From sequence record NC_011042.1: a DNA stretch of 39,252 nucleotides; one strand, 5' to 3'. Each line of letters begins with the position of its first letter. The first letter of the stretch is position 1. The stretch comes from Escherichia phage EcoDS1. Below the pieces are notes generated by a model, which did not search any database, was not told where the DNA came from, and was given only the letters and a program-made list of their open reading frames with translations. Positions 36,645 to 39,252 of the stretch are shown one piece after another. The position numbers were made by a program, and so were the translations under genes.

Positions 36645-38404
36645 GTAAAGACTTAGTGGCGCGTCATGCGCTAATGACTGCACGTATGAAGGCAGACTTC
36701 GTGTTCTTCCTGTTCGTCCTGTGGAAAGCTCTGTCACTCCCGGTCCCGACTCGCTGTCAGATTGACATGGCGAAGAAACTATCGGCTGGGGACAACAGGC
36801 GCTTCATCCTACAGGCGTTCCGTGGTATAGGGAAGTCCTTCATTACGTGTGCCTTCGTTGTCTGGAAGTTATGGAACAACCCAGACTTGAAGTTCATGAT
36901 TGTGTCGGCCTCAAAGGAACGAGCCGATGCTAACTCCATCTTCATCAAGAGAATCATCGACCTCATGCCTCAGCTTCAGGAACTCAAACCTAAGCAGGGG
37001 CAGCGAGATGCGGTTATCAGCTTCGACGTTGGACCGGCCAAGCCAGACCACTCACCTTCGGTTAAGTCCGTTGGTATCACTGGTCAGTTGACTGGTAGTC
37101 GTGCTGACATCCTGATTGCCGATGACGTGGAGGTTCCTAACAACTCAGCGACTCAGGCTGCACGAGACCGTCTGTCAGAGCTTGTGAAAGAGTTCGACGC
37201 TATCCTGAAGCCGGGAGGTACAATCATCTATCTGGGTACTCCTCAGAACGAGATGACCTTGTATCGTGAGCTGGAAGGCCGTGGATACACCACTACTATC
37301 TGGCCTGCTCGTTATCCACGTGATAAGAAGGACTGGCAGTCTTACGGCGACCGTCTGGCACCGATGCTTCAGGCAGAGCTGGAAGAGGACCCTGAGTCCT
37401 TCTACTGGCGTCCGACTGATGAAGTACGCTTCGATGATACGGACCTGAAGGAACGCGAGTTGTCATATGGTAAAGCTGGCTTCGCTCTACAGTTCATGCT
37501 TAACCCGAACCTGAGTGATGCAGAGAAGTACCCTCTGAAGCTCCGTGACCTTATCGTAGCAGACTTGGACCCATCGTCCAGCCCAATGGTCTACCAATGG
37601 TTGCCTAACCCTCAGAACAAGCGTGAGGACGTTCCTAACGTTGGACTCATGGGTGACTCATACCACACATATCAGACTGTAGGTTCTGCCTTCAGTTCGT
37701 ACACCCAGAAGATTCTGGTCATTGACCCCAGTGGTCGTGGTAAGGATGAAACTGGCTATGCGGTACTATACCAGCTCAACGGCTACATCTTCGCTATGGA
37801 AGTTGGTGGTATGCGTGGTGGTTATGAAGACTCTACTCTTGAAGCTCTGGCTAAGATTGGTCGTAAGTGGAAGGTCAACGAATACGTCATTGAGGGTAAC
37901 TTCGGTGATGGTATGTACCTTGAGCTATTCAAGCCTGTAGCGGCCCGTATTCATCCTGCTGCTGTAACTGAAGTGAAGAGTAAGGGTCAGAAGGAACTCC
38001 GCATCTGTGACGTTCTGGAGCCTATCATGGGGTCTCACCGACTTATCGTTAACGCTGCTGCTATCGTCCAAGATTACCAGTCGGCCTCTGATAAGGATGG
38101 TGTTCGTAACCCTATCTACTCTCTCTTCTACCAGATGACACGTATCTCTCGTGAACGTGGAGCCTTGGCACACGATGACCGACTTGATGCTCTGGCTATC
38201 GGTGTACAGTTCTTCGTTGAGTCTATGGCTAAGGATGCCAACAAAGGAGAACGTGAAGTCACTGAGGAGTGGCTGGAGGAACAGATGGAGAACCCACGGA
38301 AAGGCTTCGAGTCCATCCACACTGAGTTCTGGGACAATGGGGTACGGGTAACTCACGATACGGACGACGAGCTAGGGCTAGGGTCCTACGTTACGTTCCA
38401 CTAG
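36641..38404 (+). CDS. Terminase large subunit (gp19)
   Basis: 587 aa; [158 protein letters not shown] match T7 gp19; apparent TTG start preceded by AAGGAGGT. Confidence 0.97.
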   Translation: MSKDLVARHALMTARMKADFVFFLFVLWKALSLPVPTRCQIDMAKKLSAGDNRRFILQAFRGIGKSFITCAFVVWKLWNNPDLKFMIVSASKERADANSIFIKRIIDLMPQLQELKPKQGQRDAVISFDVGPAKPDHSPSVKSVGITGQLTGSRADILIADDVEVPNNSATQAARDRLSELVKEFDAILKPGGTIIYLGTPQNEMTLYRELEGRGYTTTIWPARYPRDKKDWQSYGDRLAPMLQAELEEDPESFYWRPTDEVRFDDTDLKERELSYGKAGFALQFMLNPNLSDAEKYPLKLRDLIVADLDPSSSPMVYQWLPNPQNKREDVPNVGLMGDSYHTYQTVGSAFSSYTQKILVIDPSGRGKDETGYAVLYQLNGYIFAMEVGGMRGGYEDSTLEALAKIGRKWKVNEYVIEGNFGDGMYLELFKPVAARIHPAAVTEVKSKGQKELRICDVLEPIMGSHRLIVNAAAIVQDYQSASDKDGVRNPIYSLFYQMTRISRERGALAHDDRLDALAIGVQFFVESMAKDANKGEREVTEEWLEEQMENPRKGFESIHTEFWDNGVRVTHDTDDELGLGSYVTFH

Positions 38405-38499
38405 CTGAATGAATAACTATGGGTGAAAGCTGCATGAATACGCAGTTAGTAACCTATAGTTACTACCAGTCCTAACCTACTGTTTTACAAGGAGTTTGG

Positions 38500-38522
38500 A
38501 CTTAACTATCACTATAGGGAAG
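38500..38522 (+). promoter_or_regulatory. Phage-RNAP promoter near the right end (phiOR-like)
   Basis: GACTTAACTATCACTATAGGGAAG; +1 G at 38517. Confidence 0.8.
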
Positions 38523-38701
38523 ACCCCCGGTTACTTATAGTATTACTGTAGTGAATATACATATGCAGACTTTATGCAAGACCTTAGGAGGCAGACTCCG
38601 AGTTCTTACCTAAGGCTTGCACCGATGGAAGGAGGTGATATTAATCATAATACCTCCAATACAGATAGTCACCGACCATAGATACAGGAGGTATGTAGCA
38701 T

Positions 38702-38860
38702 ATGGCAAAGACCAAAGCTGTACTTAAAGCTCTGGCGACCAATCGAGCTACATACAGGTTTCTTGCTGCTGTTCTACTTGCTGCTGGCGTTACTGCTGGA
38801 AGTCAGTGGGTCGGGTGGGTCGAGACTCTCGTATGCTCTCTGGTCTCTCAGTGTAATTAA
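38702..38860 (+). CDS. Small hydrophobic protein (52 aa), gene 19.5 position
   Basis: CAGGAGG RBS then ATG; FLAAVLLAAGVTAG hydrophobic core; below the ORF-track cutoff. Confidence 0.45.
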   Translation: MAKTKAVLKALATNRATYRFLAAVLLAAGVTAGSQWVGWVETLVCSLVSQCN

Positions 38861-38893
38861 CGCAATCATGGTAACGATTCATGAGCGGAAGAC

Positions 38894-38936
38894 CTAAGGT
38901 CAGTACGTGAATAAAGACTCACTGTACTGACCTTAG
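38894..38936. other. 13-bp perfect inverted repeat (stem-loop) near the right end
   Basis: CTAAGGTCAGTAC (38894..38906) and GTACTGACCTTAG (38924..38936) are exact reverse complements with a 17-nt spacer. Confidence 0.6.
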
Positions 38937-39074
38937 CTACTGTAGTCAAGGACCTAAAGTAACACTATAGCAGTCCATGGTCTATCCCAAGGTCTCTGAC
39001 ATACGGTATTACCTACAGTAGCAGGGACTCCTAAGGAGGGACGATGAGTTTTGGACCAAAAGTTTGAGACCACA

Positions 39075-39252
39075 TCTCACAGTTCAAGAACCTCAAGTCT
39101 CCCCATAGGCCCTCTTTCAGTCCAGACCAAAGGCCCTACCCCAGTCTATCATAAGGTTGGACCGATGGTCAAGACGTTAGGTCGACGATAGGTTGCGGCT
39201 ATGGCTTAGGGAAGGACGATAGGTAGGGACTATGGGTCTTCTTTGAGTCTCT
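39075..39252. repeat. Right direct terminal repeat (DTR), 178 bp
   Basis: Identical to 1..178. Confidence 0.9.

Overview
The window is a complete linear genome of a T7-like podovirus (Autographiviridae-type organisation): 39,252 bp bounded by identical 178-bp direct terminal repeats (1..178 and 39075..39252), with every credible gene on the + strand in the canonical T7 order. The order runs from early genes (Ocr DNA mimic, single-subunit RNA polymerase) through DNA metabolism (ligase, SSB, endonuclease I, lysozyme, primase/helicase, DNA polymerase, exonuclease) to structural and packaging genes (portal, scaffold, capsid with a -1 frameshift extension, tail tube, internal virion proteins, tail fibre, holin, spanins, terminase). 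Eleven copies of a phage-RNAP promoter with core CTATCACTATAGG are present, plus two intrinsic terminators and three paralogous RNase III-type hairpins. All identifications rest on reading the translations against remembered T7 proteins and on synteny; no database search was run. I do not see one clear novel multi-gene system. The non-core content worth follow-up is: a chain of small coupled early ORFs where T7 has the 0.7 kinase, a four-ORF block between the RNAP gene and the first class II promoter, a 163-aa ORF between endonuclease I and lysozyme, a DUF3850/ASCH-like ORF between the tail tube genes, an endonuclease VII/HNH gene between gp13 and gp14, a divergent N-terminal module on gp16, and an AT-rich beta-helix (depolymerase-like) C-terminal domain on the tail fibre. 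No tRNA, rRNA, CRISPR array or integrase was seen.
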